Virus record (IMG/VR): IMGVR_UViG_3300005264_000255
Location: 14,497 to 78,496 of that record
DNA length: 64,000 bases
Source: a virus
Reading direction: 5' to 3' (one strand)
The position numbers were made by a program, and so were the translations under genes. Shown in pieces: positions 29,986-41,711 of this stretch (positions are counted from its first letter, which is position 1; each line of letters begins with the position of its first letter). The notes beneath the pieces are model-generated. The model was given only the letters and a program-made list of their open reading frames with translations. It was not told the DNA's origin and made no database searches.

Positions 29986-30315
29986 TTACAACCTTTTATG
30001 TTTTATTAAGAATGGTATAACAGTATCTCTCAATGAAGATAACCAGACGTTATTTGATTGTCTTAAATCAAGAAGTGCCAATGATGAAGATGCATCGCTA
30101 ATATGTAAACTTGCAGCTATGAGTACTTTACTTGTTAATATTCTATTAATAAGTATTTTCTGAATCATATCATTTCTAGTTAATACGGTTTTATCCATTA
30201 TAAGCATTTCTATATATAGATTATCAGCACTGGTCTCATCTATCTCTTTAACTAGGTTTAAAAAACTATCACCAATAGTTCCTGCTACTTCCTCATTTAT
30301 CTTCTTTTTACTCAT
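29986..30315 (-). CDS. Hypothetical protein
   Basis: 109 aa; ATGA overlap with the RecA-like gene. Confidence 0.7.
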   Translation of the reverse strand: MSKKKINEEVAGTIGDSFLNLVKEIDETSADNLYIEMLIMDKTVLTRNDMIQKILINRILTSKVLIAASLHISDASSSLALLDLRQSNNVWLSSLRDTVIPFLIKHKRL

Positions 30316-31643
30316 TTCTTCTCCTTAATTTCTTTTTTAAACCAATATGGTTCATATACACCAGCGGCAGCTTTTAATATATCTAATGTTGAGAATGGTA
30401 GTAATTCTGTTTTATACTGATTGGGAGTATGCCATGTTCTAGTTTTACTTAGAATAAAATCCCAATCATAACCACGCTCTATCATTCTAGTATATAACTC
30501 CTCTGGTGTACATAGATACTTTGCGTATTGTTTCATAAATATCGTCATCTGATACATTTCACCTATAATAGTTAATGCATTTCTTAATTTAGGGTCATTA
30601 TCAATTTTACTCCTAACTGTAGTTCTACCTAATTTAACCTCAGGATAGATGGCTACAGAATAAGAAAGGTTATTTCCTACTAAACCATATTTGTTAGTTT
30701 TAATAAGGTGAAAATATGAAAGTTCTGATAGGACACCCTCACTCTGACTAACAAGTATCTCTATGACATAACCGCTAGGTCCTGACTTACTTCTTAATTG
30801 TTTTAATTTAACTATGTTTAAATCAGTAGCTACATCTTCCTTACCCCTAGGATACTCAGGCATCTTAGTAGTATTATTCATAAAAACACTACTGTCAAAT
30901 GCCTGCCAGAATGATGTCGATAAAAATAATAACTTATCTGATATACCTTTTATCTTTTGTCCTCTTTTAACATGTTGTAGTGCTTTATTTGGTTGTGGTG
31001 CGTATGGTCCACTTGCCATGTTTATCTCATTACCAACATGTGCAGTTAAAATAAAATTAGTATCTGTGTTATATGAAAGATTTGGTAATTCTCTAACTAC
31101 CTTAGTCTTGAATAATCCTTGTTGCATAAATAGAGTATTACTATTATCAACATCACCTCTTTCTACAACATCAGTAGTTTTACTAGATTCAAATTCAGAG
31201 AAACTATCTATCTCTATAAAACTAGGTATTTTAACCTCTAAAGGTTTGTTAGTTATTCTGTTAACAAAACAGGTATATACCATCTTATTAGACTTATCTT
31301 TCTTCTTCTCTTCAGCAGCTTTATATACAAGGTCTAACCAGTCATCAGCATTCATATCAGCTTTCATTATGTATGACCATGTATCAGGGTTAAATAGTGG
31401 TTCAGGTTTGATGTATTTCATTCTTACTGATAAACTGTTTATCCTGTCTAGGTTCATAACCATATTGTTTTCAGTATCATAGGTATGCATAGTTACTTGT
31501 TTATTATCATTTTTTAGACTGTAGTTTAATCTATCAGCAGCAGTTAACATTATGTAGTGAGATATAGTAGATTTAAAACTGTTACCTATTCCTGCTATTG
31601 CTGTTATGTTAATTGATACTGGGTTAGTTGATTTAATTTTCAT
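30312..31643 (-). CDS. RecA/UvsX-like ATPase (phiKZ gp152-like)
   Basis: Walker A GIGNSFKST, YDTE, Walker B IEIDSFS, LTAHVG, LRSKSGPSG; N-terminus looks shortened. Confidence 0.75.
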   Translation of the reverse strand: MKIKSTNPVSINITAIAGIGNSFKSTISHYIMLTAADRLNYSLKNDNKQVTMHTYDTENNMVMNLDRINSLSVRMKYIKPEPLFNPDTWSYIMKADMNADDWLDLVYKAAEEKKKDKSNKMVYTCFVNRITNKPLEVKIPSFIEIDSFSEFESSKTTDVVERGDVDNSNTLFMQQGLFKTKVVRELPNLSYNTDTNFILTAHVGNEINMASGPYAPQPNKALQHVKRGQKIKGISDKLLFLSTSFWQAFDSSVFMNNTTKMPEYPRGKEDVATDLNIVKLKQLRSKSGPSGYVIEILVSQSEGVLSELSYFHLIKTNKYGLVGNNLSYSVAIYPEVKLGRTTVRSKIDNDPKLRNALTIIGEMYQMTIFMKQYAKYLCTPEELYTRMIERGYDWDFILSKTRTWHTPNQYKTELLPFSTLDILKAAAGVYEPYWFKKEIKEKK

Positions 31644-31751
31644 TGAATTTCCTTTTAGTTTACTATTCAGTTAAATTAATGATGTTAAAAAAGGAAATAA
31701 ACTTAGTTATTATTTTTTAATTTGAATTAAATATATAAAGGAGTTTATGAT

Positions 31752-33563
31752 ATGTTATATAATATTGGTGAATGGAAATCTGAAACAGGACTTATTCACA
31801 ACAAAACATCTTGGAAATTAACCAGAGATGTGGACGGTTTAATGATTGAAGAAGAAGTTGTAGAAAGTGATACATCTCTTAATGCATGGGAAGTTAAAAA
31901 GATTATCCCTACAGGTGAGATATGGTATGTTAGTGCCTTGAGACACTTAATAGATACTGCAGGTAATGATATATCCAATAATAAATGGATAGGACCATAT
32001 CCTGTCATTAGTGATGAGTCTAATGTTAGTGACTATTTAGCTCCAGAGTTTTACATATCTGAACCTTATATAAACAAGTTGGCTTATGTACCAGGTATGG
32101 GCATTAACTTATCTGTTAATATGTACGAGAGTAATGTGGCATATGATCGTACTCTTCTACTAATAAAGGATGATAATAACATCATTATCTATAAGGCAGA
32201 GTTAAATCTAACTAAAGATACATTGGATTATCAGATACCTATTAGTGCTTTCAATTTTACAGATAAAAATGTATTACAAATTGAAATAGTTAATATTGCT
32301 AAACATTCTACGGTATCTCCTATATGTAGAGAACATATTATTTTAAAAGATGTTTATTATAATATAATCGGTAATACGTTAGGACTGAATCCACTTGAAT
32401 CTAATTCGTTTACAGTTAAAGGTACAGCGTCGTTACCTGTTATTGTTAATAGTGTTAAGCTATTAAATACTAAAAGAGAGTTTATTTGTGATTGTATTAT
32501 TGAGACAGATGGTTTTACAGTTCCTGCTGTCATGACACATAACCAAAGTTACCTAGTAGAAACAGTTTTAGAGTATACTGATGAGAATATTAAAAGTAAA
32601 TTAGTAACTGATTATCTTTATTTAAGTACTATGTTACTTACTGAAAAGACCAATATAGATCCTAATTATAAATACGAGTATACACTTAGTCAAGTCAAGT
32701 CGATTAACTTGGGTACTAGTAATGATAACTTAGTTAGTGATATAGGATATAATACTGAAGAAATGTTTAGTAATCTAATACCTATTATAGGTAAGGTTAG
32801 TAATAAGTTAGATAACTATATATATGACTCAGAATTAAATAACTTTATCGTAGGTAAATCATCTACATATGATTTTGATATGCCTCATACATTTAGATTA
32901 TTAACTAAAGATAGAGGTTACTTATCTTATAGTCTAAACGATAGACTTGTTATTGAAGTACTTAAATATGATGCCTATACAAACACCTTTACTAATCTAG
33001 TTACTATAACTACAAATATCCGTACATCTAGTGGTAACATAGGTAAAGTTGTAGAGATGAATGATGAGTATTATGTATTTGGTTTAAATCCTGATAATAC
33101 ACAAGAGATAAATGTCTATAAGTTAGACATCATGTCGTTAACATTAACTTTAATTAAATCAGTGATTATAGATAAACCTTTAACCGATTTAACGGCTACT
33201 TCTTTAAGTGATACAGAAATCATTATAACACCGTTTGGGGAAGATGTTAATAGATTATATAAGTATAATATCACACAGAACAATATAGATGTTACATTAG
33301 CAATGCCTTATAGTTTTATAGGTACTGAGCAAATGAGTGTTAAATTAAGAAATGGTAATATTCTTAATGTTAAGACTAATTATGTAACTTCTAACCTAGA
33401 AGTTTTCTATATGGATACTGTTAAAAATGTTATTGAAGATATGTCATATGACCTAGGTTTAAATGTAGGAGTTACTATCCAGAACATATCCATGTTAAGA
33501 AATGGTAAAGTACTTTTAACTACTAAAACAGATAATCATGTTTATATATATGAATTAAAATAA
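31752..33563 (+). CDS. Probable virion tail-associated protein (Ig/FN3-like N-terminus, beta-propeller-like C-terminus)
   Basis: 603 aa, beta-rich; repeated LRNG.IL / LRNGKVL blade-like motifs; directly upstream of the tail sheath gene. Confidence 0.4.
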   Translation: MLYNIGEWKSETGLIHNKTSWKLTRDVDGLMIEEEVVESDTSLNAWEVKKIIPTGEIWYVSALRHLIDTAGNDISNNKWIGPYPVISDESNVSDYLAPEFYISEPYINKLAYVPGMGINLSVNMYESNVAYDRTLLLIKDDNNIIIYKAELNLTKDTLDYQIPISAFNFTDKNVLQIEIVNIAKHSTVSPICREHIILKDVYYNIIGNTLGLNPLESNSFTVKGTASLPVIVNSVKLLNTKREFICDCIIETDGFTVPAVMTHNQSYLVETVLEYTDENIKSKLVTDYLYLSTMLLTEKTNIDPNYKYEYTLSQVKSINLGTSNDNLVSDIGYNTEEMFSNLIPIIGKVSNKLDNYIYDSELNNFIVGKSSTYDFDMPHTFRLLTKDRGYLSYSLNDRLVIEVLKYDAYTNTFTNLVTITTNIRTSSGNIGKVVEMNDEYYVFGLNPDNTQEINVYKLDIMSLTLTLIKSVIIDKPLTDLTATSLSDTEIIITPFGEDVNRLYKYNITQNNIDVTLAMPYSFIGTEQMSVKLRNGNILNVKTNYVTSNLEVFYMDTVKNVIEDMSYDLGLNVGVTIQNISMLRNGKVLLTTKTDNHVYIYELK

Positions 33564-33565
33564 TT

Positions 33566-33598
33566 TTATAAGGAATGGATAATATCCATTCCTTATAA
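33566..33598. terminator. Long hairpin
   Basis: TTATAAGGAATGGATA-A-TATCCATTCCTTATAA. Confidence 0.65.
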
Positions 33599-33664
33599 TT
33601 TTTTAACTTAATACAATGATGATTTTAAATCTAATCATAAAAAATAAATAAATGAGGTAAGATT

Positions 33665-35791
33665 ATGAATGTTAATATAACTAATGCGGCTTCCCAAGTA
33701 ATACACCTAGGTACGCTGGATAGTAGTGCGTTACCTGTTGTACCTACTACGGTTACTGTATCTACACATGTTCCTAGTGTTTTAGGATTTGGCAGTATGG
33801 GTCCTGATACTAAAGAATTTTTAGATGGTACTAGACTTAAGGCGTTATATGGTAGTGATACTTTTGATAGAACAAAAGATTTCTTTACACATACAACAAG
33901 ACTAGCTGAAATTGTTACTGGTGCTGGTAACTCTATTATGTATACTAGAATTATCCCTGAGGATAACAAAACTATTGCTAATACAACATTATATTTAGAT
34001 GTTTTAAAAGATACTGTAAACGTTTACAAACGTTATGCTGATGGTAGTTTTGCTTACGATGGCAATGGTGATAAGGTAGTCGATAAGACTGTTGAAGGTT
34101 ATAGATTAAAACTGATAGCTGAGTCTTCTGATACAGATGATATTTTAACTGACTTTGGTGCTAAGGTATCTAAACCAGGTTACATGACTGATATGGATGG
34201 TAAAAAATCTACTATGATTCCTATCATAGAAAGACGTGCTAAATATAAAGGTAAAACTTATAATGACTATGGTCAAGTATTCTCAGTACCTACTATAGAA
34301 GATGTAGATAATACTATTATAACTTCTAATTTAGCTTTACCATATGAATTTGGTATGTCTAAAAGAGCTGATAAAAATAGTACTGGTTATCCTGTTGCTA
34401 ATATATTCGGTAGTAACTATAACCAATTTGTATTTATGAAAGATGCTGTTGATAATTTAGATAGTAAAGTAGATTTTACAAGTACTTGTAAAAAATGGTA
34501 TAACCTAACTAACAAGTTATATTCTTTGGTATATCCTAGAATGGAAAAACCATATGTTTATTTCAAAAACTTAGATGGTATTTTAGAAGATCTAATGGTT
34601 GCTGAAGCTGAGTATGTTAACGGTATGGTTACAGATATTGAAGGTGTAGAAACATCTACTTTTAGCTGGATGGACTTTGTAGAGGGATATACTGCTTCTG
34701 AACAATTTCGCTTATTAAATCCTTTTACAGCTATGTCGATTAAAAAGGTACCTAACTTTACATTCTATATGGATGATAGTGTTGTTGAAATGGCTCCTAA
34801 TCATAAAGAAGCTTATTTTAGTAGATCAACTCCTATCTATTTAGATAATGGTGCTGATGGTACTCTTAGTCAAGAAAACCTTGAGAAAGGTGTTAGTTTA
34901 TTTATGGAGAAATATTTAGATCCTAACAGTAACGTTATGAGTGTTGCTAACAACCTAGAAAACGTTATGTACGATTCTGGTTTTGAAATTGATACTAAGA
35001 AAGATTTAATTAACTTTATTAGTCTTAGAAAAGACACATTCCTAGGTTTAAGTACTAGAGTAAATTCTCTAGGTGATGATAAAGTAGATACTCTTGTTAA
35101 GCAGAGAGCTATAGGTGTTTCTTTAAAAGCTGCGTTAGCTTTAGCTCCTGAATCAGTTTTCTTTAATACAAGTGTAGCTAGAGCTATTATAGTTGTAGGT
35201 TCTGGTATAGATGTTTTAGATCCTTCTGAACATAGATATCCTTTACTTATGGATATTGTTGCAAAAGCTGCTAAAATGATGGGTGGTACTAGTTGGAAAT
35301 CTGAGTTCTTATTTGATCGTGGTGGTAAGAATGAAATTATTAATTATTCAGATATTGAACCAAAAGAAATACCAGCTGGTGTAATTGCTGATTTATGGAA
35401 CATTGGATTAATCTGGCCACAATACATCGATAGAGGTAAATATTGTTTCCCAGCTATGAATAGTGTTTATGATATTGACTCATCTGCATTAGGAAACTTC
35501 TTTGCAGGTATTGCTTTAACTATTACTACTAAAGAAGCTGATGCTGTTGGTAGATTATATAATGGTGACATGTCATTGAGTCCTAATGAGTTTATCGCAA
35601 CTATTGAATCTGAATTGATTACTCGTTTAGATGGAAAGTTTGGTGGTATATTACAAACATCTACTAAAGCACGTATTAGTGATTTTGATGCATTACGTGG
35701 ATACAGTTATACTGTTAATACACAATTAACTGGTGGTATCATGAAAACAGTTATGATTCACTATAACGAAATGTTAAACAACATAGAATAA
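33665..35791 (+). CDS. Tail sheath protein (phiKZ gp29-like)
   Basis: 708 aa; G..D.S, LYG..TFD, YDSGF..DTK, R.D.F, PES.FF.T...R and D..RGYS....MKTV motifs. Confidence 0.85.
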   Translation: MNVNITNAASQVIHLGTLDSSALPVVPTTVTVSTHVPSVLGFGSMGPDTKEFLDGTRLKALYGSDTFDRTKDFFTHTTRLAEIVTGAGNSIMYTRIIPEDNKTIANTTLYLDVLKDTVNVYKRYADGSFAYDGNGDKVVDKTVEGYRLKLIAESSDTDDILTDFGAKVSKPGYMTDMDGKKSTMIPIIERRAKYKGKTYNDYGQVFSVPTIEDVDNTIITSNLALPYEFGMSKRADKNSTGYPVANIFGSNYNQFVFMKDAVDNLDSKVDFTSTCKKWYNLTNKLYSLVYPRMEKPYVYFKNLDGILEDLMVAEAEYVNGMVTDIEGVETSTFSWMDFVEGYTASEQFRLLNPFTAMSIKKVPNFTFYMDDSVVEMAPNHKEAYFSRSTPIYLDNGADGTLSQENLEKGVSLFMEKYLDPNSNVMSVANNLENVMYDSGFEIDTKKDLINFISLRKDTFLGLSTRVNSLGDDKVDTLVKQRAIGVSLKAALALAPESVFFNTSVARAIIVVGSGIDVLDPSEHRYPLLMDIVAKAAKMMGGTSWKSEFLFDRGGKNEIINYSDIEPKEIPAGVIADLWNIGLIWPQYIDRGKYCFPAMNSVYDIDSSALGNFFAGIALTITTKEADAVGRLYNGDMSLSPNEFIATIESELITRLDGKFGGILQTSTKARISDFDALRGYSYTVNTQLTGGIMKTVMIHYNEMLNNIE

Positions 35792-35815
35792 ATTAAATAA
35801 ATAAAAGGATATGTT

Positions 35816-36610
35816 ATGGCAAGAAATAATGTTAAGACAATAAACGTAGATAACAGTTATTTAAAATCTGATGATATTAATGACTATGGTGTTACTGACT
35901 TACCTAGTATAGATATTAGACATGGTGGACAGTGGGGTAGATTACCTCGTATTGGTGGATTAGATAACGATGAAAACATTCATGAATGGATGCATGAACA
36001 ACGCTATCAAAAGCGTGATGTTATTCCAATAGTACTTAACGCACCTAGAGGTTTTGATTTATTTCCTAATGGAGGTACATTTAAACAAGGTGTCAAGGCT
36101 ATGCTGGAAGTTCATGCTAAAACTATTACAGGCATAGATAGCTCGTTAACTATGGAAGTTAAGGAACATGACCTAGGTATCAATGGTGGTAAGTTTAGAG
36201 AGGTCACAGGCTCTACAAGAGCCTCTACTGACATAACTATTACTGTAGAAGAAAAAGAAGGTAACCCTTTTGAAATTCTTTTAGATGTATGGTGTCGTTA
36301 TCTATTAGATGATCCAGATTTACATGCACCACTTATTACTAGATTGTTAGATATTGGAGAAATACCTGCTGTATGGTCTGATGATTATAAATCAATGACT
36401 GCCTTATTCATAGAGCCAGATGTACTATTAAGAAAACCTGTACATGCATGGTTAGTATGTAATTTATTCCCAGATACTAATCCAGACATCACTGGTAGTA
36501 AAGACAAGATGGCTGCAAATGAGTTTAAAGATATGAAAAAAAAACAAAAAAAAACTATAACAATAGTCCTTTCGGACTATTGTTATATAATTATTACTAA
36601 CCTGCAATAA
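35816..36610 (+). CDS. Tail tube protein (phiKZ gp30-like), C-terminus apparently lost at ~36535
   Basis: D...GGQ.G, APRGF, E.H...I.G and LFIEPD....P..AWL..N.FP motifs. After ~36535 the ORF reads through a poly-A tract and a terminator hairpin into the convergent gene. Confidence 0.7.
   Translation: MARNNVKTINVDNSYLKSDDINDYGVTDLPSIDIRHGGQWGRLPRIGGLDNDENIHEWMHEQRYQKRDVIPIVLNAPRGFDLFPNGGTFKQGVKAMLEVHAKTITGIDSSLTMEVKEHDLGINGGKFREVTGSTRASTDITITVEEKEGNPFEILLDVWCRYLLDDPDLHAPLITRLLDIGEIPAVWSDDYKSMTALFIEPDVLLRKPVHAWLVCNLFPDTNPDITGSKDKMAANEFKDMKKKQKKTITIVLSDYCYIIITNLQ
36556..36587. terminator. 14-bp-stem hairpin (GAAA loop on minus strand)
   Basis: TATAACAATAGTCC-TTTC-GGACTATTGTTATA. Confidence 0.7.
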
Positions 36611-37079
36611 GTGCTTGTAATCTTTTCTCAGCATCTTTGATAACTTTTTTATGTATACCAAAACGACTAGATGTTGTTGTCATATTGATTTTAGGTCTAC
36701 GTACAATGTCTTCAGGTTTCTTACTACCAACAACCAGACTAATCTTTCTAGTCATATCGATATCATACTGGATAGTATCTTTTTTATCCAATCCAAATGG
36801 CAGTTTAGCATGAATACTTTTGTTTTCCTTATTTGCTTTATAAATACCCTCAGCAGCATCAACAATTTTTGCATAAGAAGAACTTAAATAGTCTTTATCG
36901 AATGTAGCAACTTTACTTAACGTTTCTTCATCGATACCAGCTTCTTTAGCTTTTTCAACATATAGTTTTTTATCGACAGTGATTGTTGTAACATTATCTT
37001 CAGTTTCTTGCACTAACTCTACATCTGCAAAGCTCACAGGTTTAATTTCTTCAACTTCTACTTTAACATCAGTACTCAT
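36597..37079 (-). CDS. Hypothetical protein, probably early
   Basis: 160 aa; AAGGAG RBS; CATATTAC promoter variant at ~37134-37141. Confidence 0.7.
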   Translation of the reverse strand: MSTDVKVEVEEIKPVSFADVELVQETEDNVTTITVDKKLYVEKAKEAGIDEETLSKVATFDKDYLSSSYAKIVDAAEGIYKANKENKSIHAKLPFGLDKKDTIQYDIDMTRKISLVVGSKKPEDIVRRPKINMTTTSSRFGIHKKVIKDAEKRLQALIAG

Positions 37080-37210
37080 TGGTACTCCTTTTTTGTTTAT
37101 GTATTAACGATTATCTATAATAGACTCATTTAAGTAATATGTATATAAAAAAATATAGAAATAAAAAATTACTTTTATCTTGACCGTAAATATGAATATA
37201 AAGGATTACC

Positions 37211-38087
37211 ATGTCACTAACAATACAACAAGCAATACCTCAGGGTGTGAACGATGCGTTAACTATGACAGGGAGTATAATCAAATCTGTTGATGTTGCT
37301 AGCACTGCTGTAAGTAATATTAACAGTATAGTTGATGAGTGTACAGGTTTTAGTCTATCTGGTATGGTAGACACTAGTGGTCTGTCTGATATGTTAGATA
37401 CTAGTAATCTATTAGGATTACTTGATCCAATGGATAAGTTATTAGGTAATATGTTAAACATTGATTTACCTGAGATTACTCTTGGCAAGTTAGAGTTAAC
37501 TGCACTTAAGGGACTCACTAGTGGGTTTGAATGTGCCTATAAAAATTTAGCTAATCCAATTAATAAAAGTTTATCTTTTATGGATAATTATGATAAATTA
37601 ACAAACATTAATTGTCAGGATAGTAGTGCTAACACTGATACCCCTACCAGTAGACATAATGCACTAAAAGCAGCTGCAGGTATGGTCATTACTTAGTACT
37701 GTAGTTAGTGATAAGTTTGATTTAAATGTAAGTAGTAGCTTATTAGACGATGTTAGTTTAAAGAGTTTTTTACCTGAACTTATAGCCCTAGATGAAAAAC
37801 CTATTAGTAGTATATTTAAAATTGATAATAGTGCTAAGTTATTACCTGATAAATCTTCTATGTTAAATTTCGGAGTAGACCTATCTACTCCCTACACGAT
37901 GGCTATTGAAACAAGTCCTAAGATACAAGAAATAAGTAGATTAGCCACAATGGATTCTAACTTGTCAATGCCATCTTTACCTAAGGTAGGTAGTTTAGGA
38001 ATTGGACAAAAACTACATAGTATAAATATTGCTAGTAAAATAACTAAACCGCCTAGTTTTGGTTCATTAAAATCTATGATAGCTTAG
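37211..38087 (+). CDS. Probable structural protein (phiKZ gp28-like position), interrupted near 37690
   Basis: ORF 37211-37696 plus a downstream coding-like frame ending at 38087; convergent with the gp27-like gene. Confidence 0.35.
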
Positions 38088-38106
38088 GAATTATCCCTAA
38101 GCTATC
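38078..38106. terminator. Hairpin between convergent genes
   Basis: GATAGCTTAGG-AATTATC-CCTAAGCTATC. Confidence 0.65.
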
Positions 38107-38108
38107 TA

Positions 38109-40192
38109 TTAATATAGTTCACTATAATTAATTTGTTTATGATCACTCATCGCAGATAAAACACTAAACATACCACCAGATGAAGCCATATCACCAGTCT
38201 TGGCACCTAGAAATTCAGAAGTATACATTAAATCATGATCCTGTAAAAATCTACTAAATTTAATTTTAGCTTTATCAAATACATGCGTAGTCGAAAACAA
38301 GTCTCTGCCACATAATGTCTGTATGTACCTACTTAACCCACCTTCATCGTCATATAACACACTACCAGATGATAATAAATCAGTTGGTGTTGGTGCTGAT
38401 ATAACACTAGCAAAATCAGTTACAGTAAATGTAACGTCAAACGCTAATGGTCTTCTTGCTTTATTATATGGTAAGTTAGAACTACCTGCAGTAATGGTAA
38501 CCGAGGTAACCATACCCTTATCTATTCGTTCTAATCCACGCACAAAGGCATTGCATAAAAAAGGACTAGTATAAGACTTGGGTCCTGTAGATTTAGGTAA
38601 TACCGTAGCTAGTACAGCAGATAACGGTATATAAAGATTTTGTAGTTGTGCTACTGGATGAGCCGATGGACTTCTTAATGGCATTTTAAATGTATGATTA
38701 GGTAACGACGCAGTACTACCATCCCATCTTTTATTAACCTCTAATGTAGAGCCTGCTATAAAACCAGCTACTACATTTGTAAAACCTAATGTTAAGCCAT
38801 CAGTAGCACCAACTACAACATCCGTAACGGATCTCATTATATCCGAAAGTATAGGTATTTCACCACCACCTAGGTTAAACTTCATATCTCTAAAGGTTTT
38901 ACCCATATTGTTAACTTTCTCATCTAAACCAACAGTAGTTGTAGTATTAGAAAAACTAGTCGTTGTACTACCTACATGATCTACTCTAAAGACAGCATAT
39001 CTAGCACCTTCATTAAATACAGATTGCATGGTTTCTGTATAGTTATCTAACCAACTCTTACTATCTTCTTCTCTTAACTCACGATTATATGTACCATCAT
39101 CATCTGTGGCGAATGCTTTACTAATACTTTCAGCAGTAGCAGCCGCAGCATCCGTCAGCAAGTCTTTTAAATCTTTAGGCTTAGTACCGCTGTCATAGGT
39201 TTTATCTTTCTTTAAATTTTTAGACAATCTAGTCCATAAGTTATTATCATCACTATCGGCAGTTACATCATCTACCTGTAAGTCTTTTACAGTATATAGA
39301 TATTTCTCACCATCAGCTTCAGTTAATGTTTTATTCTCTATAGCCGATAATAAGGATAATCTATTAGCTCTGTGTTGGTTAATTCTCTTTTGTCCTCTAG
39401 TTATCATAGCATGAATATTAATACCATTCTGAGAAGTGATAATGCCAGGCATTATCTTTTTAATAGCAGCCAAATCTGTACTAGTAATACTAAGTGGAGC
39501 ACCCACCCTTTTACTATCTTTTTTATCATCTATAAACATTGAGAGGATAACATATTATTGGCAAATCCTATAGTCATTTTTAAAGCTAAAACAGCTACAG
39601 TTACAACAGGAAAAGCTATCATCAATGCTGCTATGCCTGTAAACTTACCTACATTATATGCTAATGGACTTCTACCTGAGTTAGCAATAACCGCTGTCTT
39701 ATAATCAACACTAGAGAATAGATAATATAGAACATTATTAAATTTAGCAAAACCTAGTTCCATATACACATTGGTGGAGTTATCATCTATCGCTGTACCA
39801 TAGTAGTTACCCATTCCTACATTAACATTCATCTCGTTAACTTTAACCCTGCGATTACTACTTAATAACCCTGGATTTCTAACATCACAATATCTTGTAA
39901 ACTGTGGACTAACATTAATACTAATGTTTCCACCCATACTAGTATCGACTACTTTACTACTTACGTTAGTAGTAAATCTCTTTCTCTGATATACGTTAGA
40001 TAAATCCTTAGCTCTTATCATAAACCCATTAGAGACCCAATCATTATCTATAAACTTTACTTCATCATCTATCTTCTTTTCACTCGGTAATGTTATATCA
40101 TAACCATCATCAGGTATCTTAGTATTACCAATAGGAGCACCTACTCCTTTACCTAATAATGATTCTAATTTCTCTGTAGTTATATTTCCCAT
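38109..40192 (-). CDS. Baseplate/tail structural protein (phiKZ gp27-like), split near 39545
   Basis: N-part: DTSMGGN..IN..PQFTRY.D, GMG.YY..AIDDN. C-part: FRVD......SFSN, W..S...LP, LPKSTG..SYTSPFLC, GM..S..IT.G.SNL motifs. Confidence 0.65.
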
Positions 40193-40209
40193 ATTTCATC
40201 CAAAAAAAA

Positions 40210-40608
40210 TTAAAGTATATTAATATTTTTATAATTCTTAAGTCTTAAAAGATTAAGTATTATACTAACATCTGATGTAGTAATATCCGATATCTCTAAT
40301 TTAAGAGTTACTGCAGACACTATCATGATAGTGTCAGGTAATATCCAGTCATCTGCTAATATTACCTCATTTCCATTTTTATCTTCAAATAGATAATACA
40401 TAGCGTCCTCAGCACTTACTAGAGTTAAACCTGTCTCAGCTACAAGTTGTTGTCTAACTGTAGTAACATCTGTAAATACACCAGATGTTTTTATCATCTG
40501 ATGTAACCCGCCTATCCCTATTACTTTCATATCCTTATACATGTTATCTATTACAGTATTCGATATTGTAGTAAAATTATATATAGTATTAAAACCTAAC
40601 ATTAACAT
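40210..40608 (-). CDS. Small conserved protein, possibly SH3-like barrel
   Basis: 132 aa; YYLFE..NG.....DDWI...TI pattern. Confidence 0.45.
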   Translation of the reverse strand: MLMLGFNTIYNFTTISNTVIDNMYKDMKVIGIGGLHQMIKTSGVFTDVTTVRQQLVAETGLTLVSAEDAMYYLFEDKNGNEVILADDWILPDTIMIVSAVTLKLEISDITTSDVSIILNLLRLKNYKNINIL

Positions 40609-41279
40609 CCTTTAATTTCATATTTAGTCAAACCATTCTTTTTATTATACATTAGTAGTATAGTTTTAAAGATTATGTCATCACCATTTTTGATTTGACC
40701 TATAATAAGTAAGTCCATTATTTCAGTAAAATTAACAATACCTAAACCCGCTTGAGATCTTAATACATCAGTAATATCACTACGGTTAGCCATTTCAGCT
40801 ATATCTGCTTGAAATTCGTAAATCTCATCTAAGAATATGTCATCCTCAAATCTATCGTTAACGAAAACATTACATAAATCATTAACAAAGTGAGTTATTG
40901 AGATACTACTCATATCGTGATTACTATATATGACCGACTCATTATGACCTTCATCGTCCTCCTCGTCGTCCATATACCCAAGTATAGTAAAGATCTCGTA
41001 TAATAAGAAATGAGAGATAGCGTACTCATATACCAATGATTCTACTTGTCTATAATAGGTATTATATTTATCCTTATCTGAATTTCTTATAACCTCAGCA
41101 GTACTCATTATAGAACTTATAAACTCGTCAACAATTAATACAATATTACATAAACGAATTTGAATTAATACACTTCTATCATATTTCTCACATATAAGTC
41201 TTTTATATAGCATTTCTGAAACAATCGTAATGGGTCGTTTCAGTTCATGAATATTAATCTGATACATCGATACTCTCAC
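40602..41279 (-). CDS. Hypothetical protein
   Basis: 225 aa ORF in the phuZ-downstream operon. Confidence 0.65.
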   Translation of the reverse strand: MRVSMYQINIHELKRPITIVSEMLYKRLICEKYDRSVLIQIRLCNIVLIVDEFISSIMSTAEVIRNSDKDKYNTYYRQVESLVYEYAISHFLLYEIFTILGYMDDEEDDEGHNESVIYSNHDMSSISITHFVNDLCNVFVNDRFEDDIFLDEIYEFQADIAEMANRSDITDVLRSQAGLGIVNFTEIMDLLIIGQIKNGDDIIFKTILLMYNKKNGLTKYEIKGC

Positions 41280-41691
41280 TTATTAATCGATTAACAAACA
41301 TAACTGTCTCAAGTGTACGATGTTGATTACCGATTACATTTTCCCGCTCAGTAACTAACTTCTCTGATAGGTTAGCCTTCTTATAGAAATCTTTTATTTT
41401 AGTATTTAAAAATCTTAAATAAACTATTGGACATACATGTAGATTTTTACTAAGATCGACATGTCTAAGACGCATCTTCTTACTAGCATTATCAATAATA
41501 GAACTACTCATATATACATCAGCTAGATACTCCTCAGTACTTATTACTTGTCTCTGTTTTGCTATACTTTCTTTTATATGCATGAAAATCTTTTTACATA
41601 TACGCTTACCTTTATCATGTCGTTTATGCATCCCATGGATTAATATAAACGATGCTGGTATTACTAAAAAATCTTGCTTTGTTAAGGCCAT
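41254..41691 (-). CDS. Conserved hypothetical protein
   Basis: 145 aa; FYKKA..SE.L motif; AAGGA RBS. Confidence 0.65.
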   Translation of the reverse strand: MALTKQDFLVIPASFILIHGMHKRHDKGKRICKKIFMHIKESIAKQRQVISTEEYLADVYMSSSIIDNASKKMRLRHVDLSKNLHVCPIVYLRFLNTKIKDFYKKANLSEKLVTERENVIGNQHRTLETVMFVNRLISESIDVSD

Positions 41692-41711
41692 TCTTTCTTT
41701 CCTTTAAATGA

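Noticed and set aside
36535-36610. Real basic/hydrophobic C-terminus of the tail tube
   Set aside because: It is read-through of an intergenic poly-A tract and terminator hairpin after an apparent deletion.
3595-39545. Programmed frameshifting or stop-codon reassignment to explain split genes
   Set aside because: Breaks mostly lose conserved segments rather than shifting cleanly, lack consistent slippery sites, and most genes are full length under the standard code using all three stops.
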